Origin: Ramazzottius varieornatus
Lineage: Eukaryota; Animalia; Tardigrada
Assembly (NCBI GenBank): GCA_001949185.1
Contig: BDGG01000004.1
Coordinates: 3,505,777 to 3,569,776, forward strand
Direction: 5' to 3'
Length of the DNA stretch: 64,000 nt
Shown here: positions 13,051 through 27,208 of the stretch, one piece after another
Position numbering within the stretch: the first letter of the stretch is position 1
Layout of the letters: the number at the start of each line of letters is the position of its first letter
Translations under genes and position numbers: made by a program
Notes under the pieces: model-generated
What the model saw: the letters and a program-made list of their open reading frames with translations, nothing else
What the model was told of the DNA's origin: nothing
Databases searched by the model: none

Positions 13051-16000
13051 ATGCAGAATCCTCCGGCGTACGTCCAAGTGGACGCTGCCGGTCGCTCAAC
13101 ACGACCCACTTTCCAGTATTCCCCTTACGTGGGATTCCCTCCGTCCAGAGACAGCAACGAAGCTCCCGCAAACAATCTACATGGTAAGATTCATCTCGCA
13201 CATTCAAGATTATTAATCGTTGCATTTCAAGAACAATGGAAGCTCGGCAAGCACACCGCATAAGAATGTTCCTCAAGTGGCGCATGGTTTTACTGCTACC
13301 GGCTGGAAGCGTACGCCACTTCGGAAAAAGTATTGGCATGTTTGACCAAGTGGCGCAGGTCTGTGATGTCATTGGCTGGAATCGTACGCCGCTTGGAAGA
13401 ACAATGTTGCCGAGCTTGACTGTCTGCGGCGCCTAATCCTGTGTCATAAATATATGTGGATATGCCGGATCTGTATGGTGCGATATATATGTTCTTACGG
13501 TCTTCTGGATCGTAGGTCATTCGTCGCCGGTCGATTTGGATGCAGCCGCCCGTTTGCAACACCTGCATAACAGGATCACTAGCTCGTTTGGTGGAGGGAA
13601 GAACATTACCAACGGTCATCCGACCGTCACTACTATACCCACCTTCTCCCATTCTCGTTCCTACGACGGCACTGCGTCCCATCCGGCCTCCTTCAACGAG
13701 ACCTTCATGAATCCCTTTGGCATCGTAGCTCCTGGCTCCTTTTTGAATCCATACTTTGGCGATCGAACAACGCGAACACCCAGCCCACTTCATCGACTGC
13801 TGCAGAGTCAGCTGCTGGGCGGCATGAACCCAACCAGCCATCAGCAGAACAGCCACCACAACCCACATTACGCAGAAGAGCATCACTTTGGCAGAAATGC
13901 AGATGACTTGCTGGATTCCGTACCGTCCTTCCGAGGCTTGAACTTGTCCACACACTATCCGTCGTCCGAAGATTGCCAACTTCAGCACCCACACTCTTCC
14001 GATCCTCTCGTCGTTTCTGGCCATCTGTCCCGCTCCCTGGATGATCTTTCCGTCGACGTCCTGGAAAATTCAAGCGATAGCGGTAAGCAGGGCAAGAATA
14101 ACGGCCAAACTTTGGAAGAAATTGCTCCCTGGAAGCAAACGATATTCTTAGAATCCAGCTGTGGAATAAACAAAGTAACATTGTTGATCGGCACCAAAAG
14201 AATGTGGCTTGTTTGGTCAGCCATGAGGGGTGTATTTCATTGCGTCATGGTGGTAGTGAGCTCAGTGCGAATGCACGCCGTGGCTCACCAAGTTTGACCC
14301 TTGTGAAGTTTCATTTTCCCTCTCTTTTGCAGAGAAAGGCGCCCCCTATCGGGACAGTTTATCTCCGGATGACGTGTCGATGATTCAGAGTGAGTATCCG
14401 CGATCGGAAAATGTTCCTTCGCATAATGCCCACTCGATCGTCTCATCGTCGGCAAGCACCACCAAGCCGCGCCGACAAACTTCTCGGAATAACGACGTTA
14501 CAAGGACCTGTCCAACCTGCGGGAAATCGTTTGGGAATTCTTCTGGACTTGCAAAGCACAGGTAAGCCCTAGACTGCATCTTCTCTTGCCTCTTCGTGGT
14601 ACGCCACTTGACCGGGGTAGCGTGGCGGATGTTCAGCAGATTTCGACCTTGTCTTGTTGCAACGCCAACCTTATGGCTTCGCAGCTTTCGTTGAATACGT
14701 TTAGATGGGACGTGCATGTGTGAAATGGTTTGTCGAGGTGGTGCCTGGAACAGGAAGAGTTAGGACGCGTGCTGACTAATCTTCCGTGGCGTGTGGGCTT
14801 ATCGATTGGGAAATGGCCACACTATCGTAGCGTACGGAACATCGAGCCTAGATGAACTAGCTTTTCAAGCGCGGTTCTGGGACCGCTGTTTCACATCCGT
14901 CGGTTGGCAGCCTCAGCATGTGTGATGTGATGATGCAACGACCTTGAGAGCTGAGGGAAGGATCCAACATCAGCCTGCGCATCAGCCACGCAGCTCACAC
15001 AGAAACTGTCAGAAAGCTTTGCCGGAAAATGATATCACCGATCGATTCAGGCAGCTTCGGCTTGCTATGAAGTCAGCCATCTGCTAGAGCGGCTTGGCGC
15101 AGTGCGTACAGTACGGACTGTACGGTAAGGTTCCTCGGTGCATTGGGAAAAACGCACATGGAGGATTACGTACTAGTAGATTAATCTTTCCAGGTTCGCG
15201 TGTTTTGTTCGCACTGATCGCACTGCAGTCTTTTTTCCAGCAGGTGTACAGACCGGAAAGGCACTCTGAGACTCGGACAGGTTTCTGCGTCTCACCTGGT
15301 ACCTTCAGCGGATGCTAGCTGAGCGCGTTACGAGTAGCGAGGAACCGGAAGTGGCTGCACAAGCTGGCGAACCGTGCTGTCAGCTAGCTTGCGTCTCCGT
15401 GCTAGATTTCCTTTCGATCGGCATATCGATGCGCTCGTACGTACTGGGGTGGACGAACATACCAGAAACATCGATTAGAATGGCACTGAAGTCGTACAAA
15501 CGATAGCTCAACGTCGTTGCATCAAGGCTTCGTGCTGGCCATACCCAGTAGAATGATGTCAGTGTTTTGGTTTGACTCGTTTGCAGAAACGCTGTGTAAT
15601 CACTGCCACACTTAACGGATTTTCCGACGTTCAGCGTGCAAATCTAACTGCTTCCTAGGTGTCTGTCACACTCTGTAGACTGTATTTGCCTTATGTTGCG
15701 AGAAAATCGAAGCTTTTTAAAGCTTCAACTATTCTGGAGAACTTTCTGTTTCATACGCGTTTGACTGCAATCGGATTGCATCAGTATGGATAAGTACCAG
15801 GTTTGAAATTTAGCTTTAGAAGTTTCGTCGTGCACTTCGAACTGGGCTCTGATGGACGATGCAATAAAAGGGAGTGTGAATCTGCGGAAATGCCGATTTA
15901 ACGTCATTGCAAGTTCCTTCCCGTGGATGCTGTTCGCTTGGGTCGTCACATGCAGGATTAAAACGACGCAAATAGTAAAACAGGTTGAAAAAATTAATCA

Positions 16001-19000
16001 CGGTATTTGCTTGTACGTAAAGCTGAGTTTCTGCACCTTGCAAATGTTTGGCATATTACGCGGAAGTTGTTGCTCATGATTCCTCATAAATGTATGGGGG
16101 AACAGCCCCTACGGTATCTTCTCGTTGCCTCTGCAAGAATGGCGAAATTTTATGCTTTTTTGCAGGTTGACGCACAGTGACGAGCGGAAATATCTCTGCA
16201 CAGTTTGCATGAAATCTTTCAAGAGACAAGATCATCTTTCGGGACATATGCTAACGCATTCCGAGAAGAAGCCCTTCGCCTGTCCAGTCGTCAATTGCGG
16301 CAAAAGCTATTGTGATTCTCGCTCATTGAAACGCCACATTGACCAGCACGAATCCGTAAGTATTCTAGCTAATTCTTGCAGCAGCCTGATGCTCTTCTTG
16401 TTGCAATTTTATCAAAATTATCCTTTCGCTTGACGTGCCACTGACTGATAACATGCAGTGGTGGTCGCGGCTCGTGAGTTTTGCACCTTGTGATTATATA
16501 AACCACAGCACTGCACGTGGACGACATCATCAACATGCAAACTGCTAGGTTAGCTCTTATTACTTGCGTGGCGCCACTGTCGGTAGACGGAAAGTCTTTC
16601 TGTTTGCTTGCTGATAGTTGATGTCTCATATTTTGTACTCTCTAGGCAGTGAGAACAGTGTTTTCTTTACTGTGTGCTAATCCTTCTTTTTGTTTCTTTT
16701 GCAGTGGTTGATACCTAGTCAAGTACGGTTGTTGTTCAACGATTCTGCTGGAGCTGAAGACACCAACGACGATACAAGCTCAGTCTTCGAAGCACCTGAC
16801 AGCAGTCAGAACAGGTACGTTCCTTGCAGTGGCATCTCCTCATTTGATGGACATTTTGCAGTCTGATATTTTGTACTGTACCGACAGTGAATTTTGCAGT
16901 GCGGAGGCCCACAAGCCTTACGTTTGTCAAGTTTGCCGTCGTCGTTTCCGCAACAGCCCCGCTTTGAACGGTCACATGCGGCTACACGGTGGCTTCCTCA
17001 ACAAGAAGGTACGGTAGTCCGCCTTAGTTTTTCATCAGCCTTCACAGAACTTCAGTTTCACGTTGGGGTTTTGCAGGCCGGTGATTATTCAGCTCCCCCA
17101 TCAGTGCAATCTTCCTCGCGAATGCGGCACCATTCGGCCCAAGCTTCGATTGGTAGTCCGGTCGACATCATGGGTCTGAACGATCCTTCCGAGGAAAACT
17201 CCCTGCAAGATAGCTTTCACGGTGGACCCTGGAATAGCGCACAACAGCCTGTCATCCGAACTCCCACACCTCCGGAACCCACGTTTCAGCACGACATGCC
17301 TGTCGAGGACCCGCTGACTCCTCATATTGCTGTCATTCGACATGGGCCTTCTTCCCAGAACAGCATTAAAGCTTCACTACCACCAGTGTCCACACTGGCT
17401 TCTCCCACGAACAGCCCGACCACCGTCAACGCCCCCTTCAGCTTCTTCTCTGGCCATCCTCCACCACAACTGGCCATGCCAGCGTCGACCGGAAGTGACC
17501 ACTTTTCCAATCGCCAGACTTCCCCGGTATGGGTTCACCAAAGCAAGCTTCTTTATCACAGAATTGTGCATCGAGATATTTTTAGGCTGATATTAGACAC
17601 CAATATACGCCGAAAAAAATTTGAATTACGTTGTGGACATTTTTATTATGAACCAATTTTGGGTTTTCAGGTTGTCCCGGGTTCGTCGTTGACAGTTCCA
17701 GTTTGTGGGAAGCTTCGACGGCACTCAGATTCAGACAGTGTCCAGCCGCCGAAGAAGCTGTGCACAGTAACGGATTTGCTTCGGCATACCATCAATCTCA
17801 ACATGGCTCGCAAAACCTTCAACGGGTCGCAGACACCGGAAGCCGACATTTTTAGTTACCCTCCCGTGTCGCTAAATACTTCTTCTTCCGACGGTAATTT
17901 GCACCATCCCGATCACTTCGACGACCTCAACGACGTCTTCGACACGAATGTGTCGCAGAGTCATAACGTTATAGATGACTGGAATATGCAGCCGGAAATG
18001 GCAGGTAAAGACTGATGCCAAGCCTTCAATATACAATAATCAATCAAGAGCTCAACAGTATATTTGAATCACAAAATGATAAAACTTTAACAGCATGCAA
18101 GTATGGTTTGACTATCAACAGGTGAGTCCTTGTTTTCTCCAAAGGACGAGCCAGAAACCAGTCCAGTTAGCGTGCAGACCAACTCGCCTTACTCGGTGGC
18201 GGGTAGCGGGACCGGTAGTAGTGACGGACAGGACTACCCCGACTCACCGGCTACCCCTACTGGGTCCATTGAGAAGAAGCGCAAACATCGACCTGGACCT
18301 CTGAATCTGATGATTCCCTCGCAGAGTGGGATGGGCACCCAGAACGCGCTGTTGTCACCTCCGGGCGGAGGCTTTGCCAGCCGACTGCGTTCTCCGAGGT
18401 TGTCTGGAGACAAAAGCAGCCTGACACCGCCGCCCTACACTCCACCACCGATGCTGTCTCCCTCTCGACGCGGCTCGGGACTGTTTTGGAATGTGGTCAA
18501 CACTGCGTCTTCGGGAACTACAACTCCCCATTCGGCTTCCCGCTTCCTTCTCAAACGAAGTGAGCTTATATTAGACGCCGCTAATTTTTTTCATGTTTCG
18601 GAAAACTCCGTGACATCATAATTACATCAAACTATCAAATTCTCAAGCTTGCAACTAACCCGGGAAAAGGTGTTCTGTTTGCGAGACAGAATATAAGTAG
18701 TAGCCACCACGGCATTTTTGAACGTTCAGTGAGCGGGCTCTTTGCGCCACCGCTTCTTTCATGTTTGACGAGGATCTTGAATCACTTTGGAGACCTTAAC
18801 TTACCTCGGATGGCACAGCCAGCGTGTGGGTGGGTAATTTCTACGAAGTGAGCGTTGGAAACCACGGCCAAAATCAGTCTTGTTTCTCGATCGCGCTGTG
18901 TTACAACAGTTAACTTGGAATGCAGATTTTCTTTGGGTTTTCCTGACAAGTCGGAAATGCCGCAGCTAGCGGTTTGCAAAGGGCGCAGATTGCAAGTCGT

Positions 19001-20971
19001 TCGCTAGCTAGTAGCTGGTTGCAATTATTAACCTTGGAAGATATTTCTCGCTGCCACGTGATTATGCCTGTCAACCGCCGTATCATAATTAGGATATCTC
19101 GAAGCTTGGGAAGCGGGTTCCATCGTAAGGTTACCCTAACTTTCCTTTTTTCTCTGTTTTTCGCTTGAAGTTCTGATGTTGTGANNNNNNNNNNNNNNNN
19201 NNNNNNNNNNNNNNNNNNNNNNNNNNNNNNNNNNACAATGGCAGGTGAAAGGTCAACGGCAGAAGTCTGTATACGCAGCCGCCACTGGTGGTACTTGATT
19301 CTGGACAGAAACATTTGCTACAAGCTGTCGGGTTGCAATAAGCTGTCGTGTTGCACTTTCCGTTTGTTTGCAGGTCTTTCCAGTACATCAACCAGCTACG
19401 ACTATACGTCCGCCCTCCGAGCGTCTTCCGGCGATGATCTGCTCGACCTGAAAGAAAGCCCGTTCAATTTCAGCAGCTCCGCGCCCGAAACAGACAAATC
19501 ACCGTAAGCTTTCCGCTGGTTTTTTACAAAGAACGTGCACAGCAACCTTGACCGCTGGTTTTGATTGCAGTCACATCAACTGCGGGCCTCAACATCAAGC
19601 CGTTCTCCCTCGATTGCAAGGTATGCCTTTCGCTTATCAGACGAGGTACTTTAGCGACCCGTTCCGCAGTTGAGAGCTTTGTTCATCGAGCGCTTCTTAC
19701 AGGTCCCGAAACGGAAGTTGCTTATCTCAACGCTGCTCCGAAAGAGGACTGTTTGTGGGATCCCAAGATGGCCTCTCACCTTACTGGTAAACAAGGTACG
19801 TTAATTACCATACTACTGCAAGTGAAGCTGGAAAGTTATATTCATCGTACCTTCTTTTCCGCAGTTGAGAGCTTTGTCAGCCTTGCCAGCAGTGCAGCCA
19901 TGCCGAAAGCTGGCCGCAATGCCGAACTCGCGCACCACGTCCTGTATCAGAAGGGCGGCGATATTCGCATCACCATCCAGACACTTTTGTCGAATAACCT
20001 GTTGATGAGCCTAGTCAACAGTACGCCTGGCCTCAAGAACTACAACTATCAGCTATCCACGATCTGGTCTCCGGATGAAATAAGCCACTTTTCCCAAGCC
20101 ATTCAGGCCTACGAGAAAGATTTTTTCCAAGTTGCAGCTCAGGTGGGTGTTCTTTAGGATTCGCGAGAGGTATGAGCTGATGTTATAATCTTGATATTGT
20201 TCTTGGTAGGTGAAAAGCAAGTCGGTGGCGCAGTGTATTGAGTTCTTTTATTACTGGAAGAAAGTTTCGCCGGAAGACTACCGGAAATGCAAGCGACTCC
20301 GCGCAAAGAAGGAAATCGCGACTAGAAGCAAGGCTGCGGTGCAAGAACCTTCAATTGTCCTGCCGAAACCTGTGCTACCGGAAGTGACCAGCGCAGTTGG
20401 TCAGAGCAGCGGGCTTGTTCCCTGTCCATATGCGAACTGCTGTCGAGTAAGATTTACAAAATCTGTAAAAGGAGCAGACTTTATATCTCCGCAAATTACA
20501 AATATCTAATTGATAGTTCATCCTTCCAGAGTTTCGGAACGGTGCAGGCTTTAGCTGCCCACTCGCGGAAACATCTGGAAAGAACACGAGGAAAGCATCT
20601 ACCGGTCGTCCCTGCTACACTGGACATGTGTCCACCGCCTGCACCTGTTGTGGAGGATGGAGATGTCGTGATGGCCTTGGCGAGCCCCGAGCCACAACCG
20701 GAAGTCCTGCAAGAGGCGGTGCAAGAGCTACCTGCTGCCTCAGTTCATACTGGTCCTGCCGGCGTTGTCCCTCCCGAGGAATTCCCTTGCCGCATATGCA
20801 GCAAGTAAGACAGACTAGTTACTCTTTTACATCTGCATCCAAAGTCTGTATCGCTATTCTAACAAATTTCTTAGAGTGTTTTATGGAGTCAAGAGCCGGA
20901 ATGCCCACATGAAAGTCCATCGAAGTTTGGCCGAGATTCAGCAAGGTGGTGCCGGGCGAACGAATCAATAA
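13051..20971 (+). CDS. ZNF541/TRERF1-like C2H2 zinc-finger ELM2-SANT corepressor, multi-exon
   Basis: Triple C2H2 array (CPTCGK..H / CTVCMKSFKRQDHLSGH / CPVVNCGKSYCDSRSLKRH), CQVCRRRFRNSPALNGHMRLHGG, PPPYTPPPMLSP.R.GSGLF, ELM2 (PHINCGPQHQA), SANT (WSPDEI..F...YEKDF...CIEFFYYWKK) and terminal FPCRICSK|VFYGVKSRNAHMKVH. The start is approximate. Confidence 0.88.
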
Positions 20972-21376
20972 ACCCAGTCAGTCCGGGAGCGGTTCGTCCT
21001 TTTCGACGATAAGGCCTAACCAAATCTTTCGGTGTCATCAACACAGCCAGTTTTTCATGATTGTTGTTTGAGTATTTGCAAAGCTCTCGGTCTTTCCTTA
21101 CTGTTAGTCAAGCTTTACGGTCCTTCATCGAATTTAACCTTTTACCGATGGTGCACATTGCTGGTGATCGATCCAGTGGAAGATGTCCAGACTTTGTTAC
21201 CACTAACCTAGTTGAGATTTTTTATTTTTTCGTACCTTTTCTGCACACACAGAGCGGTGAACTTTAGTCCTTTATGTGAATTTGATTTTTACACAATGCG
21301 ACATTTTTTGTTATTGGGCTTAATCAAGAAGATTAATCAACAAAATAAATCGGTATTTGATGAATACAAAAAATTT

Positions 21377-23091
21377 TCAGACGTCAAAGATTCGTCCGAC
21401 GTTACTGGTGTTGAAGGTTTGTATAGACGGCCGAGCTCTGATATCACAGTTTGTTTGAAAAAGGTTGCAACTTTCTTGTTGAAACTTACTTCCGATAACT
21501 TTCGCCACGGACTCTGCAGTCACATGCACCTCGGAACCTTCTGGAGGACGGTTCTCTCCACTAAAGTTTTTTCGGTTAGTCTTAGGAACCATCACTGCGG
21601 TAGGAGGGAAAAAAGACGGAAAAATCTGGATCTCGGACTCGAAAGAGGAACTCCCCTCCTCATACTGTGTTGATGTGCGTTCATCGGATTCCCTGCCCGG
21701 CCCGTTTTCGTTCCTTAGGGGTCGCCGAGGACTAAGTAGTTCCTGCACAGGTGGTGGTAACTATGAACAAACAATGCTGCTCCAGTGACAGGTCTCACGT
21801 GCCAAAACCTTACGCATTGCGATTTAAGGTGAGAAATTCCTACGTCATGGTATTTTCGGTCCAGGAATGCTGACGGATTGCACTGAAGGAGCTGAATGGC
21901 TAGTAGGCAATCGTCTCGATATTTTACCTGAAAAAACCACGAGACATTGTGAAAGACCGGAAGCAAAATCAGGATGCCTCTGCAGAGGACACGCACGACG
22001 AGATATTACGGGCCAGTAAATATTACGGACCAGGCCTTCTCGCTATGGCGGCACGGGCAGGTGATTCTTGCTTCAAGTAAAAACTACATCGAAGGCTGGA
22101 CTGCTGTACGTGCGTGCTGGATATTGGGCCGAGGAGCTAAAGCTTGTCACATTAATGTTATCGCAGTCAGATCTTCATTATACCTTCAACAGTTCAAACT
22201 ATTCCAATGCTTCTCCGACCTCCGGGAGAAAGTCGACAGCAGGATGGAAGCGTTAGAGTAAAACAGCTGATCAGCTGATGGCCACTGTCCATGACAATTT
22301 TCTACGGTTGAATTTTACTACGTTACGTCATTTGTGCAATTTCTGTTTCTGACTTCCAAACAAACTGTAAATTTGCCGTCTTTTCCGCCTGGCCCGTAAT
22401 ATCTCGTCGTGCGTGTACGGATTTTCATTGTTCGCAAATTCATTTGCGTTTGACGTTAGTACTACAGAAGTAATAACTGGGACGACGGCATAAGAATCGA
22501 ACATGATCGTTATCTCAAGTGGCGCGCGTTGCCACTATTATTAGCTGGAACTGAAAGTGTGCGCCACTTGGGATAATGATCATGTTCAAGACATTTGCTG
22601 ACGTCTAAAGTGTAAACGCACGTTTTCCGATTCCAGCTGACGTGTCCGAGACTCTTGTGCACTGAGTCTTTCCCGTAGGCTGTCGAGCTCCTCTTTCATC
22701 TTAGTCTTCTGTTCCTCACAGGTGGTCACCTGTAATTAAAATTATTTAGTCGGTTCTCCAGCACTGGAGCAAGCACTGGAGCGGCAGATCCGAAGCAGCA
22801 AAACGACTTGGGGGTTATCATTTCCCTCTTCCCTCACCACTTTTATTAATTTGTCCTCCAGATTCTGATTGACTCGAAGTAGCTTATGGTGAGACTCCAG
22901 TAGCCTGTTAAAAGCAACAGCAGTTTCCTTTAAGCTGTTACGGAATAGTTCTTCATAACGATCAATAAAGGCACGTCATACCTGTTGTACTTTTCCAGCA
23001 GAAGCTCATTTCCTAGCTGTTCTGATTCGATAGTTCTCGCGTCCGCGGACGAGTAGCTTCTTGGTGTTGATATCACTTCGAGCACATCCAT
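21377..23091 (-). CDS. TJAP1/BEGAIN-family coiled-coil protein, multi-exon
   Basis: Spliced exons read LLESHHKLLRVNQNLEDKL, then a coiled coil, then KYRDDCLLAIQLLQCNPS, matching the BEGAIN/TJAP1 motif YR.DC.LA.QLL.CN. Confidence 0.75.
21989..22416. mobile_element. MITE-like element with 28-bp perfect TIRs in TJAP1-like intron
   Basis: ACACGCACGACGAGATATTACGGGCCAG (21989-22016) and its exact reverse complement (22389-22416). Confidence 0.8.
22499..22587. repeat. ~90-bp palindromic repeat family, copy 2 (best-preserved copy)
   Basis: GAACATGATCGTTATCTCAAGTGGCGCGC...GTGCGCCACTTGGGATAATGATCATGTTC; ~29-bp imperfect inverted arms. Confidence 0.85.
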
Positions 23092-23533
23092 ACAGGACAA
23101 ACCATTTGGTGGTGTCTTAAATTTGGGAGCATCAAGATCCAGGAAGAAATTTTGCAGTATACTTCTGTTGACTTGTCAAAAAAGTGTGAATGAAGTTCGT
23201 TTACTATTATGGGAAATTTGCCTGTTGTATTAGGCTTACCTGACATAGCAGCCATACTGAATGGCACAAGCGGCAGGGAACGACATGACATGGTATGGCT
23301 TAACTGGATGTAATGATGACAGAACCATGATATGACATTACTTTATGGTCTTCTGGTAACTTGGTAATGTTTTGATATTCTGCTGAGGAAGCAGCACCTC
23401 CGTTTCTTTGAGCCTCCACAGTCTTCAAGCTTCTACAGTTCTACCAGGTTTATGGGTGGAGAACTCTTCAGTAAATGAAGTGTTTGTCTTGGCTGTTTAC
23501 TTATCTAATCGACCGAAGAAAGCTATCATAGCC

Positions 23534-24448
23534 ATGGATTACGTGAACAAGGCGCGACGTATGGTAGAGCAAAAAACAGCTGCTAGTCTCCACGGTGGAC
23601 AGCTCTCTGTGCAGAACCAAGAAATCTACTCGGTAATCGCAGACGCCAGGATTCGCGAGGTTCGAGCATCCATGGAACAAGTCAGACCAGAGCCCAAGAT
23701 TCTGCACTTCAGCGATGGCACACTCTCCGTAGATGAACTGCTCGATTCAGAAGACGAGAATGAGAAAGAATCTCCTCCTCCAGTCGACGCAGTAAGCACT
23801 CTACAGTAACTCTACCTGTATACTCACCCTTGTTTTTCGTCGTAACACTGTGATGTTTATTTGATAGAGTACTTTGAACTGGCTTCCATGGATGTGGTAT
23901 CAGACTTTGAACGCAGGTGCTACGGCTTTGAAAGGTGTGTTGTATTTGGGAGCTGGGTAAAATACAAAATCGTTATCTAGAGCGACGCACGTCTCTGTCC
24001 GGTATAAAGGGAAACATGCGCCACCTGACACTTGAAACAATGATCTTATTTGTTTCATTTGCCCAGCTCCCATCTTTCAAATTGTTTTTTGATGATCCTC
24101 AATATGTCGTTGTGGCGTTTAGGCGCTGACTTTCTCGGCGGAAAGTTGGCAAACTTTTTCGGCATAACGTCTCCGAAGTACCAGTTAGAGATAGAAGAAC
24201 GTCTGGCGGAGATGGTCGAAGAGAACGAGGAGAAGATACAGATGCAGCAAGACATTGAGAACTGGGCGGGTATGAGGCCGATCCCGGACCAAAAGATCTC
24301 CCAGAGCTTCGTTGGAGGCAACACGATTCAACGCCTCGACGCTGGCGACCTACCCCAGGACTTCCAGCAAAACTTGTCGGTGTTCTCAAGTCAGCCCACC
24401 AGTCAGAAAGAAAGTCCAGCGCTTCCCATTCCAAGCTTACACGTCTAG
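23534..24448 (+). CDS. FAM177A1: FAM177 family protein (3 exons)
   Basis: PKILHFSDGT, L.W.PW.W and DFLGGKLANFFGITSPKYQ motifs typical of FAM177. Confidence 0.9.
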
Positions 24449-25042
24449 GACCCAAGACGCTTCACCAATCACCATAGCTCAGCGTAATGTGGATTTTACG
24501 GTACTGCTTAACTTGAATTTTGCTTCTGGAATCATTTCCCGTATGAGTTTTCTCTGTGATTTGAGTTTTTATGCTTTCTTCTCTAGTGGAATATGAGAGG
24601 CTTTTAGGCTTTGGTTACCATAGGCAGCTTCCCTAAAACGAGAAAACGGTTCGACTATGTTCTCTATGCTTCAGTAAGAAGCATCTTCGAGAACAAGAAA
24701 CTTCGGGCTTGAGTTTACTGTAGAGGTTCTAGCGTGTGTGTGAAAATGTGCACTTTTCTTTGTGGGTAACCGGTCGGGTTGATGTCCAATCAAGATGGGG
24801 AACTTTTTGTTGGGAGGGAGGACAAAGTTTTAATACAGCTTTGGAGGCAAGGATACTGCTAGGCACACAGGGAAGGAAGCGCGTACAGGAAGGCATTCCA
24901 AAAAGCAACTGCAAATCAGCTCGATTTGAAGGATGATTCTCTCCTTTTCCAAAGGACTTCGGAAGCAAAATTATACTAGAAAGATAACTGCATCTAAATG
25001 ATTTTTATTGTACACTACACGTTTGGGTCTTTGTAGATTCGT

Positions 25043-27208
25043 TCACGGTCGAAAAGGCACTTCATCCATGTTGGTGTACGAGGGCACATTCTCCTGGTGC
25101 TCTGCTTCGTCCGGCTTGACGGAGTTGAACATTGCAGCGTCTAGTAACTTTGAGCGGGTCGTAGGGCTGATGTTCTTGACAATCATGGACAAGCAGTCCA
25201 GGCTTGAAGTTCGCCCGGCGTCCGTCGTATTCATCGGCACATGCGCAAAACCTGTGATCAATATAACTATTTAATGTTGTCTAACAGCTTGAGGAACCCT
25301 GTCAGAAATTTTTCGAAATTAAACCGAATCATACTGTATGGTTCAGTGAAATTTTCTGTGCGATTGCTTCTGGAATTTATTCGAAATGGGACAGGGTCGG
25401 AGCAGCTAATTTCACGGACAAAGAGTTCAATATCATCTTTCCCGATAAGGCTAATTCATTTGATTTGTCCTCAAGTGGCTTCCTCAATCTTCTGGTGTAT
25501 GTTTCATTAGCGGATCATTTCTTTGTCTGAGGGATCGTCTTATCCGGAGTGATGGGCACGCATGTAGATTAAATACCGATCTCTCGGAGCGAAAAGAAGT
25601 CAAATGAGCCTAGTTACTTCTCAAATGTCACAGATATCACGCTTCTGTTCTTCCATCTCACTGCGTCGGTCTGAACGAAAATAAATCGGATAAATAACAA
25701 GAAGAATTAACAGAAAAATTCGAATTACTCACACCTGCGTTTGGCAGGCTCGCTCCCTGACTTTTGCGTTTTGTCCCTGATACTATATTGTTTTTTATGT
25801 CTGATATGTTTGCTTGATGACTTTGGCTTCTGAATTGCAAGACGTGTCGATCACTAACTGATAACTTACCTGACTCGTTTTCGGTATAGGGAGCGTATGG
25901 AGCAAGTACTGCACTGTGACGTTCCACGTACATGGGCGGCGTCCGACTTCCCTGTTGAAGGAACGAAAGGTCATACGCACTGGATATTTTCCAAAAGACG
26001 GAAATTAAATAGTAACTAAATCAAGCTTTGATTATCCTCTTCGTTCGATAGGTAAGTTTTACAAAATTAGCGAGGAATTCAAGGTTATAACAAAGGGATG
26101 TCTGGTTGACGAAATGGATTTCATACCAGGTAATCGCTTCCCGAACTCAGATTTGAGCGAGCTTCCAGTCTTGCAGTTTCCAGATGATAAGGGCCAGCAG
26201 TAGAGCCCGGGTTCTGTCCTCGCAGCAGATTTTCCAGATCTGTTGAAGATAGATCATTTGGTACAAAGCCTGAATTCGTATGCCCGAATGTCAAACTTCT
26301 CAATTTTAATCGCGGTTCGGAAATCCGGTGTGTCACATATAATAGAGAGTAAAGAACACAAGGTCTTACATACTTTCGATGTAGTCGATGGCGTGACGCA
26401 GTATCTCAATTTTAGGCAAGCGCTGGTTAGGATTCGGACAGGTTCGTCGCTTAAGCTCTTCGAACGCCTCATTGACACGGCGAAGTCGTCGTCGTTCACG
26501 CATGGTGGCTGCTTTGCGTCGATCAACAGTCACCGCTTTCCGTTTGCAGGCTTTGCAAGCCCACAATAAGCATTTACGCTGGCCGTGGGAACCGTGCATG
26601 TCCGGTGGGGCTAAGACATGGGGAAGATGGTCATTCTCATCACAGCCATCCGACATGGACTTCTCACTACAGGACCCGGCATCATCATTGTCTTCCTCCT
26701 CCATGATGCCCATACTAGCATTAGGTCCTTTCTTCTTCTGCTCAGATGATGAAATCTTCGTAGAGTCGTTCCGCGTAAAGGTCACGGAGGAGTTGAGGTT
26801 ACTTCCGCCTTCGTTCTTGTTCGACTTGGATACTGGTAGACTTGTTGACGACTGATCGGTTTTGCGATCGTCGCCTCCGCGGTTGAGGCCACTGCTATCT
26901 AAAGTGCGAAGAGTAATTCTGTCGTTATTAATCAAGGAAGCTGCGGTGGTCAAGCTTGTTTGATAGTGACAGGATGGAGGCTGTTGTTGAGATTGTCCGA
27001 AGACAGCCGTATCGCCCACAAAGCTGGGTGGCAAGAAGGCATTCTGCGGTGGTGTAGGATAGAAAACAGCCGTAGCAGCCGTCGCTTGGTAGTTATCCGT
27101 CTTTAATCCATGAGGATACGAATAATGATCAGTAAAATAAGCCGCTTGAGAATAAGCAGCAGAATATTGGGGATAATGGTTGTCCAAGTTTATCCCAGTT
27201 GCCATCAT
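25043..27208 (-). CDS. MyoD: Myogenic bHLH factor (MyoD/nautilus family), multi-exon
   Basis: [62 protein letters not shown], and the C-terminal helix [13 protein letters not shown] in the last exon. Confidence 0.95.

Noticed and set aside
13296-14181. 242-aa and 158-aa minus-strand ORFs
   Set aside because: Antisense to a large coding exon of the ZNF541-like gene.
19185-19234. ORFs crossing N runs (also 29236-29285 and 40132-40181)
   Set aside because: Assembly gaps of fixed 50 N; the ORFs are artefacts.
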